From Saprospiraceae bacterium (lineage in GTDB: Bacteria > Bacteroidota > Bacteroidia > Chitinophagales > JAHQVX01), in contig JAHQVX010000083.1 of the NCBI GenBank assembly GCA_019634125.1, forward strand, positions 1 to 19,133: a stretch of 19,133 nucleotides of DNA. The letters are read 5' to 3'. The notes below the pieces were generated by a model. The model was not told the DNA's origin. It saw only the letters and a list, made by a program, of their open reading frames with translations, and did no database searches. The position numbers and the translations under genes are program-made. Position 1 is the first letter of the stretch; the number at the start of each line of letters is the position of its first letter. Below, piece after piece: positions 1 to 7,424 of the stretch.

Positions 1-638
1 GGCACTTCCAAGCCTAAATCACCTTGCCAACGGTAATTCCTGCCATCCTCTAAAGAAGGTTGATAGTAACTTTCATGGCTGATGACCAACTTCTCATTCA
101 ACACTTTGTATTGGCCATTGATCCAAATCGTGCCTCGAAAAGTATCTAATGTAGCTTGGCCATCGTATTCGTTGCGGTTGAAGTCGGCTTGGGCAAATTC
201 AGTTTGTTCATATTCACTGGTCAACGACACTTTTAACCAGTCCTTATCAGCATCTACTACTTTAAAGGTGGCGCCAGCACCGAGTAAATAACGCAAATCA
301 ATTTCTCGCCGGAAGTTGGTGCTGATAAAGCTTAAGACCAACGGATAAATCCGTTGGTCTGGATCGAAATAAACGAAATTGAGGCTTAAGATATCTTCAT
401 CGGCTTTCTCCTTCCCAAACTCCTGATACACATAAGAGTTCTGCGTTTTATACACCCACTTCTCCCAGGGGCGAATGCTCAAATCCGATTTCGCCCTGTA
501 AATCAACGTCTCTACATTCCCAGATTGATAAACACCGGTCAAGGCCAAATTCGCCTTGAACTTTAACGTATCACTTTCATTGATTTGAGCCATCAAACCA
601 ATAGGTAGTACTGAAAGTAAGAGTAACATCAGCTTCAT
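1..638 (-). CDS. Putative outer-membrane beta-barrel protein, DUF481-like. 5' partial in window coordinates: the C-terminus runs off the window start.
   Basis: Manual reverse-complement translation from ATG at 638-636 is stop-free to position 1 and reads MKLMLLLLSVLPIGLMAQINESDTLKFKANLALTGVYQSGNVETLIYRAK...RWQGDLGLEV. It has an N-terminal signal peptide and an alternating hydrophobic/polar beta-strand pattern. It is absent from the ORF track only because no stop falls inside the window. Confidence 0.55.
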   Translation of the reverse strand, partial: MKLMLLLLSVLPIGLMAQINESDTLKFKANLALTGVYQSGNVETLIYRAKSDLSIRPWEKWVYKTQNSYVYQEFGKEKADEDILSLNFVYFDPDQRIYPLVLSFISTNFRREIDLRYLLGAGATFKVVDADKDWLKVSLTSEYEQTEFAQADFNRNEYDGQATLDTFRGTIWINGQYKVLNEKLVISHESYYQPSLEDGRNYRWQGDLGLEV

Positions 639-746
639 GTGCGTAACGTTGTTTGGTCACGCGAAAATAGAAGCGATGAAGGAATCTTTTCATACTTCTT
701 ATTGAAGATATTAACAATCGAGCCGACTAACGACTTACTCGACGGA

Positions 747-1712
747 TCATCGCTTACAAGTTATCCTCCAAAAGGGCTGAACCAATGACTCGTCTTTATT
801 TACCATCTCGCCTTTCCATTCATACCCAGCATCGCTGATATTGAAGAAAGTCAATTTAATAAATCCATGCTCTCCCGAGGGAAGTTGTTGCGCACTATAT
901 AATACGATTTCTCCTGCATCATTTAATCCACCCTCCCAAGCCTTCAACGTTGGTGTAGGTGCACCAGAAGCATAATAATGGACATACCATTTGTCTGCTC
1001 CTTCATTGTACTGCCGAATACTGCCGCCAGTATTCCCATCTGCTAATTGAAACTTATCTTGGATGCCTTTGCCATTCATAATCTCTTCCCATGTCCAAAT
1101 CAAGTCTTGGTCAGGCTGCCAATCTCCCGCGGGATTTCTTCGTTCAGAACTACATAAACAAGTGCCTAATAGAGGATCAAAGGCTGATTCATTACCTGTT
1201 GACCGTTCAGAAAGGATGCGCTTATAGTTGATTTGCCAGTTCAGCTTCCAGGTTTTTCCACCATCTTGACTGCCTTCCCAATCCCATACAAAGGCATTCT
1301 GATCGATTTCTCGGAATACCATCCGTTGAACGAGTTCGCCTTGTTCTGTTTTATTTACAGCAGTAATGAAAGTAGGATTTCCCGAATCATCTACACCACC
1401 TGTAAAATCAAAGTACCCGCCGTTACTGTCTGCCCAAGCCTGCTTCCAGGACGAATTTTTCGGGTTAAATACAGAAATACTTGTTCCCTTAAACCCAGCC
1501 ATCTGCCCTGCTGCTACTTGAAAGTGCTCTTGAAGGACTTTCCCATTCAGCGTCGCTTCTATTCGATTCGTGCCCTTCCCTATTTTACCGTCGCCTTCCG
1601 ACCAACTCACTTCCCAATTCCCAATCCAGAAATCATACTTGTTGGACACCTCTGTTTGCCCTAAACTCGTTGCCCAAACAAAGGCCATTGCGATAAGTAG
1701 TGTTGTCTTCAT
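747..1712 (-). CDS. Secreted hypothetical protein of 321 aa. It has two beta-rich halves with W/G-rich motifs, possibly DUF1579/lipocalin-like.
   Basis: Complete ORF with ATG start. The signal peptide is MKTTLLIAMAFVWATSLGQ. Motifs are FWIGNWEVSW, GGYFDFTGG and DGGKTWKLNWQI, and the second half has its own W-rich strands. No catalytic motif was recognised. Confidence 0.6.
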   Translation of the reverse strand: MKTTLLIAMAFVWATSLGQTEVSNKYDFWIGNWEVSWSEGDGKIGKGTNRIEATLNGKVLQEHFQVAAGQMAGFKGTSISVFNPKNSSWKQAWADSNGGYFDFTGGVDDSGNPTFITAVNKTEQGELVQRMVFREIDQNAFVWDWEGSQDGGKTWKLNWQINYKRILSERSTGNESAFDPLLGTCLCSSERRNPAGDWQPDQDLIWTWEEIMNGKGIQDKFQLADGNTGGSIRQYNEGADKWYVHYYASGAPTPTLKAWEGGLNDAGEIVLYSAQQLPSGEHGFIKLTFFNISDAGYEWKGEMVNKDESLVQPFWRITCKR

Positions 1713-1717
1713 AACTA

Positions 1718-3274
1718 TTAGTTCTTTAAAATTTTTTCGTTATTCGCTTCAATCATTTTCCGGTAGGCCGTCGGTGTCATACTTGTGAATTTTTTAAATG
1801 CCTTATTGAACGACACCTTATTGTTAAACCCAGCTTCATAAGCCAGTTGAATTAAGGTATAATGCTGTTTCTTAGGAGTTTCTATCAGTTTCTGCACACG
1901 TTCTACCCGATATCGATTAAGAAAATCGAAGTAATTCCCACCAAAATGCTTGTTGATCACCAAGGATACATTATTACGCGTGGCACCAACGTGCTCCGCT
2001 AAATCACCTAACCTTAACCCACCATTGGTATATAGTTGTTTCATGACCATGGCTTCTTCCAGCTGCTCTTTTAATTCAATTTCTGCTTGAGCTGTAAGTC
2101 CAGTCTTCTGATACTTTGTAGGCTTTAAAATCTTAGCCACACTTTCTCCTGCCAATACTCTAGGCTGTAGATACCCCATAAATCCAACAACAAAAATGAA
2201 TAGTGACAGCGCGAAAGAAATACTATAATCCCAGGCGGGATTGATCAAAGAAAATTGACCAAGCACGTAATAAAGCGCCATAGAAACAACATATCCTGAG
2301 AAAGCAATGAGTAAGTAACTCAACCAAGTTTGTACATGATCTTGGGCTTTTTTTGTTTGCCGCAATAATGCGATTGCAGCAAGTGTGTAGCCGACTAAGA
2401 CTAGGATTTTTGTGATCCAATTAAACGTCAACACTCGGGTCCAATACGGAATAGAATTCAAGTTAACTTGAACAAAATTGGACAGGATGTACGGCGCCAG
2501 TAAAAACGAAAAGAAAAGCAGTGGAAGAAAATGGATCCAATCTCTGACTTGAACTTTAGTATTCTGGATCACATTCCGCACATATAAAAACAGGATAGGT
2601 CCCGCTAAATAAGGCAGTACATGGTAGATATTGTTGAGGTATGGAAATTCTAAATGATACCCAGACCAATACAACGTCCAACTAAATATCACTATTGAAA
2701 AAGCCAATAACAAACTACTTAGCAGGCGATTAGTATGTGGCGGAGTATTTTTCTGAAACAACAGGGAAAGACCAAGGAAAAGTGCTTGCAAAGCAACGAA
2801 TAAAAACAATGATGACCACAGGCTATAGCTAGGGCGCATGGAATATTGGATGTCTCTAAACGAAGCGGAGTCTCGAATAGGATCAAACGCTTCTTGCTTG
2901 AAGTATTTTGATGTTTTCACCCCCCTTTTTTGCACTTTTTTCAAATAATTCATAGCCGCTTGCTCATTCCCTAAAGCGGAATGAGAAGCGGCTACACTCA
3001 TCCATATACCAACCAATGGATTACCATTTAGGGATTCTGCTTTTTCGAAGCTTTGAATCGCCGCCTCATAGTTGCCCGTTCGATGCTCGCAAATTCCTTT
3101 GTAGTAGTAAAACTGTCCACTTTCAGTCATCTTTGATTCATGGCGTATGACCAAAGAATTTACTTCTGCACAATCTCCTTTTGCTACTTCTGATTGCAGG
3201 ACTGCAATCAGTTTTGAGTCGCTGTTACAACTACAAAACAAGAGTATCGAAATGATTGGAAAGATGTATTTCAT
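1718..3274 (-). CDS. Membrane-bound AraC-family transcriptional regulator. It has a lipoprotein-like signal, an extracytoplasmic TPR-like domain, about seven TM helices and a C-terminal HTH_AraC.
   Basis: The ORF track starts at TTG 3337. The internal ATG at 3274 gives MKYIFPIISILLFCSCNSD, a signal plus lipobox-like Cys. Seven hydrophobic segments follow (LFLFVALQALFLGLSLLF ... SFALSLFIFVVGFMGYL). The C-terminus LGDLAEHVGATRNNVSLVINKHFG...LIQLAYEAGFNNKVSFNKAFKKFTSMTPTAYRK is a classic AraC HTH pair. Confidence 0.8.
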   Translation of the reverse strand: MKYIFPIISILLFCSCNSDSKLIAVLQSEVAKGDCAEVNSLVIRHESKMTESGQFYYYKGICEHRTGNYEAAIQSFEKAESLNGNPLVGIWMSVAASHSALGNEQAAMNYLKKVQKRGVKTSKYFKQEAFDPIRDSASFRDIQYSMRPSYSLWSSLFLFVALQALFLGLSLLFQKNTPPHTNRLLSSLLLAFSIVIFSWTLYWSGYHLEFPYLNNIYHVLPYLAGPILFLYVRNVIQNTKVQVRDWIHFLPLLFFSFLLAPYILSNFVQVNLNSIPYWTRVLTFNWITKILVLVGYTLAAIALLRQTKKAQDHVQTWLSYLLIAFSGYVVSMALYYVLGQFSLINPAWDYSISFALSLFIFVVGFMGYLQPRVLAGESVAKILKPTKYQKTGLTAQAEIELKEQLEEAMVMKQLYTNGGLRLGDLAEHVGATRNNVSLVINKHFGGNYFDFLNRYRVERVQKLIETPKKQHYTLIQLAYEAGFNNKVSFNKAFKKFTSMTPTAYRKMIEANNEKILKN

Positions 3275-3440
3275 TGTTGAAGTGCTAAGGAAGTTAAAAA
3301 CAACGATTCGAGCGGTAATGCGGACAAAAATTACCACATTTCCTAGATTCCTCTTTGCTTGTTGCCGGATACACTTGTTGTTTTACCTTAAAAATTCTAG
3401 ATTAAGCGTCATAAAGTGAACAACCAAAAAATCAATAAAC

Positions 3441-3812
3441 ATGAAACTCGGTGCATTTTCAATCAGCTTAAGCGTAAAAGATTTAGCCACATCGAAAGCA
3501 TTTTACGAAGCGCTTGGCTTTGAACACTTCGGTGGAGAACTGGAAAAAAATTACCTCATCCTAAAAAACGGTAACGCTCTTGTAGGCTTATTCCAAGGCA
3601 TGTTTGAAGGCAATATCATGACCTTTAACCCAGGTTGGGATGAAAGTGCTCAGGAGACAGCTACTTTCGATGATGTGCGACAGATTCAAGCGCACTTAAA
3701 ATCGAAGGAAATTGCTTTGTTGACCGAAGTAGATGCTTCCAGCACGGGTCCAGGCAACTTTATGGTGCAAGATCCAGACGGAAATATGATTTTAATTGAT
3801 CAGCACCGCTAG
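3441..3812 (+). CDS. VOC-family protein (glyoxalase/bleomycin-resistance/dioxygenase fold)
   Basis: 123 aa. The [27 protein letters not shown]-terminus and a C-terminal beta-alpha-beta-beta-beta module ([14 protein letters not shown]) are typical of the glyoxalase I fold. ATG start. Confidence 0.8.
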   Translation: MKLGAFSISLSVKDLATSKAFYEALGFEHFGGELEKNYLILKNGNALVGLFQGMFEGNIMTFNPGWDESAQETATFDDVRQIQAHLKSKEIALLTEVDASSTGPGNFMVQDPDGNMILIDQHR

Positions 3813-4624
3813 TACTGTTCTTTTTCATTGGGGAAGTCGCCGCTTTTTACGTCTTTAATATATTGGGCGACGGCACCTTTCATCTCCGATGAAAGGTCGA
3901 GGTAGCGCCGAAGAAATCTCGGGCTGAAATCTTGGGTAATTCCAAACATATCGTGGCTAACCAATACTTGGCCATCTACCCCATTTCCAGCTCCAATGCC
4001 AATAATAGGAATATCCAACTCTTGCGCCACTCTTGTACCTAGGGCTGCCGGAATTTTCTCCAAAACAATCCCAAAACACCCTGTTTCTTGAAGTAAATGT
4101 GCGTCTTCGATCAATTTGGCCGCTTCCGCTTCTTCTTTAGCCCGTACCGTATACGTACCGAATTTGAAAATACTCTGTGGCGTTAAGCCCAAGTGGCCCA
4201 TCACTGGAATACCTGCAGAAAGAATTCGTTTCGCAGATTCAAGAATCTCAGATCCACCTTCAATCTTTACGCCATGCGCGCCGGCTTCTTTCATAATTCG
4301 AATCGCAGAATCTAAGGCTGCTCGAGAATTCCCTTGATAACTACCAAAGGGCAAGTCGACCACTACAAAACAACGCTCTACAGCTTTTCGCACTGCCGCA
4401 GCATGGCTAATCATTTGATCTAAGGTAATCGGCAACGTACTTTCATGGCCGTGCATAACGTTTGAAGCGGAATCTCCCACTAAGATGATATCAATACCTG
4501 CCTGATCAATAATTTTTGCCATGGAGAAATCGTATGCGGTTAACATCGAAATCTTTACACCATCACGTTTCATAGCTTGAAGCGTATTCGTAGTAATTCG
4601 CTTCACTTCTGTATACTTGCTCAT
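3809..4624 (-). CDS. panB: 3-methyl-2-oxobutanoate hydroxymethyltransferase (ketopantoate hydroxymethyltransferase)
   Basis: Strong similarity to PanB throughout: [28 protein letters not shown]...[10 protein letters not shown]...VKIEGG...GHLGLTPQS...IPIIGIGAG. The track ORF uses a TTG at 4729. The likely true start is ATG at 4624-4622 ([12 protein letters not shown]), giving about 271 aa. Confidence 0.9.
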   Translation of the reverse strand: MSKYTEVKRITTNTLQAMKRDGVKISMLTAYDFSMAKIIDQAGIDIILVGDSASNVMHGHESTLPITLDQMISHAAAVRKAVERCFVVVDLPFGSYQGNSRAALDSAIRIMKEAGAHGVKIEGGSEILESAKRILSAGIPVMGHLGLTPQSIFKFGTYTVRAKEEAEAAKLIEDAHLLQETGCFGIVLEKIPAALGTRVAQELDIPIIGIGAGNGVDGQVLVSHDMFGITQDFSPRFLRRYLDLSSEMKGAVAQYIKDVKSGDFPNEKEQY

Positions 4625-4690
4625 AATCGAATTTGCGAGTGGAAAGGTAAGAAGATTTAAGAATTTAAGAATTGTTTCTACTTTAGCAGC

Positions 4691-5173
4691 ATGTCCAAGT
4701 TTAGAAAACAACTTACGAATTCTGCTCAATTCAGATTATTCACCTTATCCCAACTTCCATTGGCGTTCTTCGCGGGGCTCAAGGTGAAGGAACTTACGGA
4801 CGCGAAAGGCGTAGTTACTGTGAAGCATAAACACCTTACCAAGAACCCCTTCAAAAGCATGTATTTTGCCGCGCAAGCCATGGCAGCAGAGTTAAGCACT
4901 GGGGTGTTAGTTATGGACAAAGTTCAACAAGCTAAACCCGATCGTGTAAGTATGCTGGTGTTTAACATGGAAGGTTCGTTTTCCAAAAAAGCCACAGGCT
5001 TAATCACCTTTACTTGTTCCGATGGTGAAAAATTGGATGCTGTTTTCGATAAAATTTTGAATTCTGACCAAGGCAAAGTCATTGACTTAGAAACAGTAGG
5101 CACCGATGAAAAAGGAGATGAAGTATCCCGCTTTAAATTCACCTGGACGTTGAAAAAAAAGCAACCAAAGTAG
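4691..5173 (+). CDS. DUF4442 domain protein (hotdog-fold, thioesterase-like)
   Basis: 160 aa. [17 protein letters not shown]...[24 protein letters not shown]...ITFTC.DGEK motifs match my recollection of the DUF4442 family. ATG start. It is divergent from panB with a 66-bp spacer. Confidence 0.7.
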   Translation: MSKFRKQLTNSAQFRLFTLSQLPLAFFAGLKVKELTDAKGVVTVKHKHLTKNPFKSMYFAAQAMAAELSTGVLVMDKVQQAKPDRVSMLVFNMEGSFSKKATGLITFTCSDGEKLDAVFDKILNSDQGKVIDLETVGTDEKGDEVSRFKFTWTLKKKQPK

Positions 5174-5196
5174 GTTACATTCCAGCTATATGTAAC
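5174..5196 (+). terminator. Short hairpin immediately after the DUF4442 stop: GTTACAT-N9-ATGTAAC. Possible weak terminator.
   Basis: 7-bp inverted repeat at 5174-5180 / 5190-5196, followed by ATTT. AT-rich stem with no strong U-tract, so weak. Confidence 0.25.
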
Positions 5197-5332
5197 ATTT
5201 ACTAATAAATCAATACATATAGTGTACAATGGAGGTTAAAATGTAAATAACTATTTTCTCGTGCGATGACGTATTCACGTAACTTCAGCACAACAACATT
5301 CTTTTTCTTATTTAAACTTTAAACGATTCACT

Positions 5333-5938
5333 ATGTTACTAAGCATATCGGATTGGTGGGAAGGCATGTCTAATCTTCAGCAGATTTATTGGGCAATTGC
5401 CATTCCTTCAACCCTAATTTTTCTTATTCAAGCTGTTCTGATTTTTATCGGAGGTGATTTGGATATGGAAACCGATGTAGACATGGAAATTGAAACGGAT
5501 ACCGGAACGGGATTTCAGTTTTTTTCCATTAAGAACTTCATTGGTTTTTTCACCTTATTCTCCTGGACAGGAATTGCTTGTTTGCAGTCGGGATTAGGCC
5601 TAGGGCTTACCCTACTCTTTTCCACACTGGCAGGACTATTAATGATGGCCCTCATGGCATCGATTTTCTTTTACTTCAGCAAGCTGGCGCATAGCGGCAC
5701 CATGGACTTTAAAAATGCCATTGGTGGTGTAGGCGAAGTATATATGCTGGTTCAAGCAAAGCGAGGCAACATCGGCAAGGTACATGTGAAAGTACAAGGC
5801 TCCTTACGAGAGCTCGATGCCATAACGGATGACACTGCAGACCTGACCCAAGGTACAGTTGTCACTATTAAAAATGTCATTAACGACAGTATTTTACTAA
5901 TCACTAAAAACGGGAAACAATGGGAGGAACTTTTGTAA
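5333..5938 (+). CDS. NfeD-family membrane protein (short form: N-terminal TM helices plus C-terminal OB-fold). Partner of the downstream flotillin.
   Basis: 201 aa. Hydrophobic N-terminal half (IYWAIAIPSTLIFLIQAVLIFIGG ... LGLGLTLLFSTLAGLLMMALMASIFFYF). C-terminal beta-rich OB-like region (GEVYMLVQAKRGNIGKVHVKVQGSLRELDAI...GTVVTIKNV). The stop codon overlaps the start of the SPFH gene. Confidence 0.7.
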   Translation: MLLSISDWWEGMSNLQQIYWAIAIPSTLIFLIQAVLIFIGGDLDMETDVDMEIETDTGTGFQFFSIKNFIGFFTLFSWTGIACLQSGLGLGLTLLFSTLAGLLMMALMASIFFYFSKLAHSGTMDFKNAIGGVGEVYMLVQAKRGNIGKVHVKVQGSLRELDAITDDTADLTQGTVVTIKNVINDSILLITKNGKQWEELL

Positions 5939-7356
5939 TCATTATAACGGCAGTTGTCGTATTTATTTTTATTCTATTACTGAGTCTTTTTAGACGCTAT
6001 AAACGTTGTCCATCGGACCGCATCTTAGTGGTCTACGGTAAGGTAGGTAAAGGCCCGTCCGGTGGGCGCTCAGCCAAGTGTATTCATGGTGGTGCAGCCT
6101 TTATCTGGCCAATTATTCAAGATTATGAATTTTTGGATCTTACTCCCTCTTCTATCGAAGTGAACCTTACCAATGCCTTAAGTAGACAGAACATTCGGGT
6201 AGATGTACCTTCGAGGTTTACAGTCGGTATTTCAACAGAAGAAGGGATTATGAACAACGCTGCGGAGCGTTTACTAGGGCTAACTCAACAGAATATACAC
6301 GACTTAGCCAAGGATATCATTTTCGGTCAGTTACGTTTAGTTGTTGCCACAATGGATATTGAGGAAATCAACAGTAACCGAGACAAATTTTTAGCGAATG
6401 TGGCTTCAAATGTAGAAGCGGAGCTAAAGAAAATCGGTTTAAAACTGATTAACGTGAACGTAACGGATATCAAGGATGAATCGGGATATATTGAAGCACT
6501 AGGTAAAGAAGCCGCTGCAAAAGCGATCAACGATGCGAAGAAAAGTGTGGCTGAAAAAGATCGGGATGGTTCGATTGGAGCGGCCAACGCCATGCAAGAT
6601 CAACGTGTGCAAGTAGCAGATGCAAATGCCTTAGCTGTGGAAGGAGAAAACCTCGCTCAGATTAAAGTTGCACAGTCTGAAGCGTTACGTCGAGAAAAAG
6701 AAGCAGAAGCAGAGAAATTAGCCATTGCTTCGGAAAAAGTACAAGCAGCGAAAGCCTTGGAAGAAGCATATGCTGCTGAGCAAGAAGCAGAATTTGCCCG
6801 TGCCGAAAGAGAGCGTGCTACTCAAAAAGCAGATATAGTAGTACCTGCACAAATCGACAAAGAAAAAGTAGAAATCGCGGCAGAAGCAGAAGCTGAAATG
6901 ATTCGTCGGAAAGCGAAAGGAGAAGCCGATGCCATCTTATTCAAAGCCCAGGCGGAAGCACAAGGGATTTATGAGATCTTAACGAAGCAAGCTCAAGGTT
7001 TAGATCAAATTGTTCAGGCAGCTGGCAATGATGCTCAAAGTGCGGTTCTATTATTGATTGCTGATAAATTGCCAGAGTTGGTGAAATTACAGACCGAAGC
7101 GATTAAGAACATCAAGATTGATAAGGTCACTGTATGGGATTCTGGAAATGGTGGTGAAGATGGTAAAACGTCTACAGCCAATTTCATTTCGGGATTGTAT
7201 AAGTCTGTCCCACCTCTTCAGGAGATGTTTAACATGGCTGGAATGGAATTACCGAATTACTTACAAGTCCAGAAAGCAAAGGAGGAAGCAGTAGAAGAAA
7301 GTACTGAAGAAATTACCGACTTAGATATTGAATCGGAAGAAGGGCTTTCGAACTAG
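5920..7356 (+). CDS. Flotillin-family SPFH/band-7 protein (YqiK/FloT-like) with a long Glu/Ala-rich coiled-coil
   Basis: 478 aa. N-terminal TM (FVIIITAVVVFIFILLLSLF), an SPFH core (ILVVYGKVGKG...FIWPIIQDYEFLDLTPSSIEVNL...VRVDVPSRFTVGI), then about 130 aa of EA/K-rich heptad-like sequence (EAEAEKLAIASEKVQAAKALEEAYAAEQEAEFARAERERA...). The ATG at 5920 overlaps the NfeD stop at 5936-5938. Confidence 0.85.
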   Translation: MGGTFVIIITAVVVFIFILLLSLFRRYKRCPSDRILVVYGKVGKGPSGGRSAKCIHGGAAFIWPIIQDYEFLDLTPSSIEVNLTNALSRQNIRVDVPSRFTVGISTEEGIMNNAAERLLGLTQQNIHDLAKDIIFGQLRLVVATMDIEEINSNRDKFLANVASNVEAELKKIGLKLINVNVTDIKDESGYIEALGKEAAAKAINDAKKSVAEKDRDGSIGAANAMQDQRVQVADANALAVEGENLAQIKVAQSEALRREKEAEAEKLAIASEKVQAAKALEEAYAAEQEAEFARAERERATQKADIVVPAQIDKEKVEIAAEAEAEMIRRKAKGEADAILFKAQAEAQGIYEILTKQAQGLDQIVQAAGNDAQSAVLLLIADKLPELVKLQTEAIKNIKIDKVTVWDSGNGGEDGKTSTANFISGLYKSVPPLQEMFNMAGMELPNYLQVQKAKEEAVEESTEEITDLDIESEEGLSN

Positions 7357-7368
7357 AGCGTTGATGAT

Positions 7369-7398
7369 GAAAGTGCTTGCCCACCCGCCTTTGGCGGG
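7369..7398 (+). terminator. Rho-independent terminator between the convergent flotillin and lon genes
   Basis: GCCCACCCGCC-TTT-GGCGGGTGGGC is a perfect 11-bp GC-rich stem (7369-7379 / 7383-7393), followed by TTTTT (7394-7398). It sits 13 nt after the flotillin stop. Confidence 0.85.
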
Positions 7399-7424
7399 TG
7401 GGCTTTTTCATCCAACACGTAGCG

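Noticed and set aside
82-291. 69-aa plus-strand ORF
   Set aside because: It lies entirely antisense within the stop-free DUF481-like minus-strand reading frame (1..638), has no recognisable motifs, and is low-complexity.
1233-1788. Two plus-strand ORFs (143 aa and 72 aa) inside or overlapping the 747..1712 gene
   Set aside because: Both are antisense to a well-supported signal-peptide-bearing CDS. Their composition is Pro/Ser/Leu-rich, typical of shadow ORFs.
3274-3337. N-terminal extensions of track ORFs (AraC 3337, panB 4729, lon 9881, ftsK 13670) starting at TTG/GTG
   Set aside because: The ORF track permits alternative starts. Internal ATGs at 3274, 4624, 9824 and 13658 give N-termini matching the known families (signal peptide, PanB, Lon and FtsK N-termini).
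3147-3419. 90-aa plus-strand ORF overlapping the N-terminus of the AraC-family gene
   Set aside because: Antisense shadow ORF. The region is better explained by the regulator's signal peptide/TPR coding sequence and its promoter.
4116-5229. ORFs 4116..4337 (+), 4726..4920 (-), 4924..5229 (-)
   Set aside because: Each is antisense to a confidently assigned gene (panB or DUF4442) and lacks motifs.
5240-5300. ACGTATTCACGT direct ACGT repeat and the AT-rich tract upstream of the NfeD gene, considered as an operator or riboswitch
   Set aside because: There is no convincing dyad symmetry or conserved riboswitch-like structure. The 159-bp spacer is most simply a promoter region.
6327-6593. 88-aa minus-strand ORF inside the flotillin gene
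   Set aside because: A shadow of the Ala/Glu-rich coiled-coil coding region. GC-skewed codons give stop-free antisense frames.
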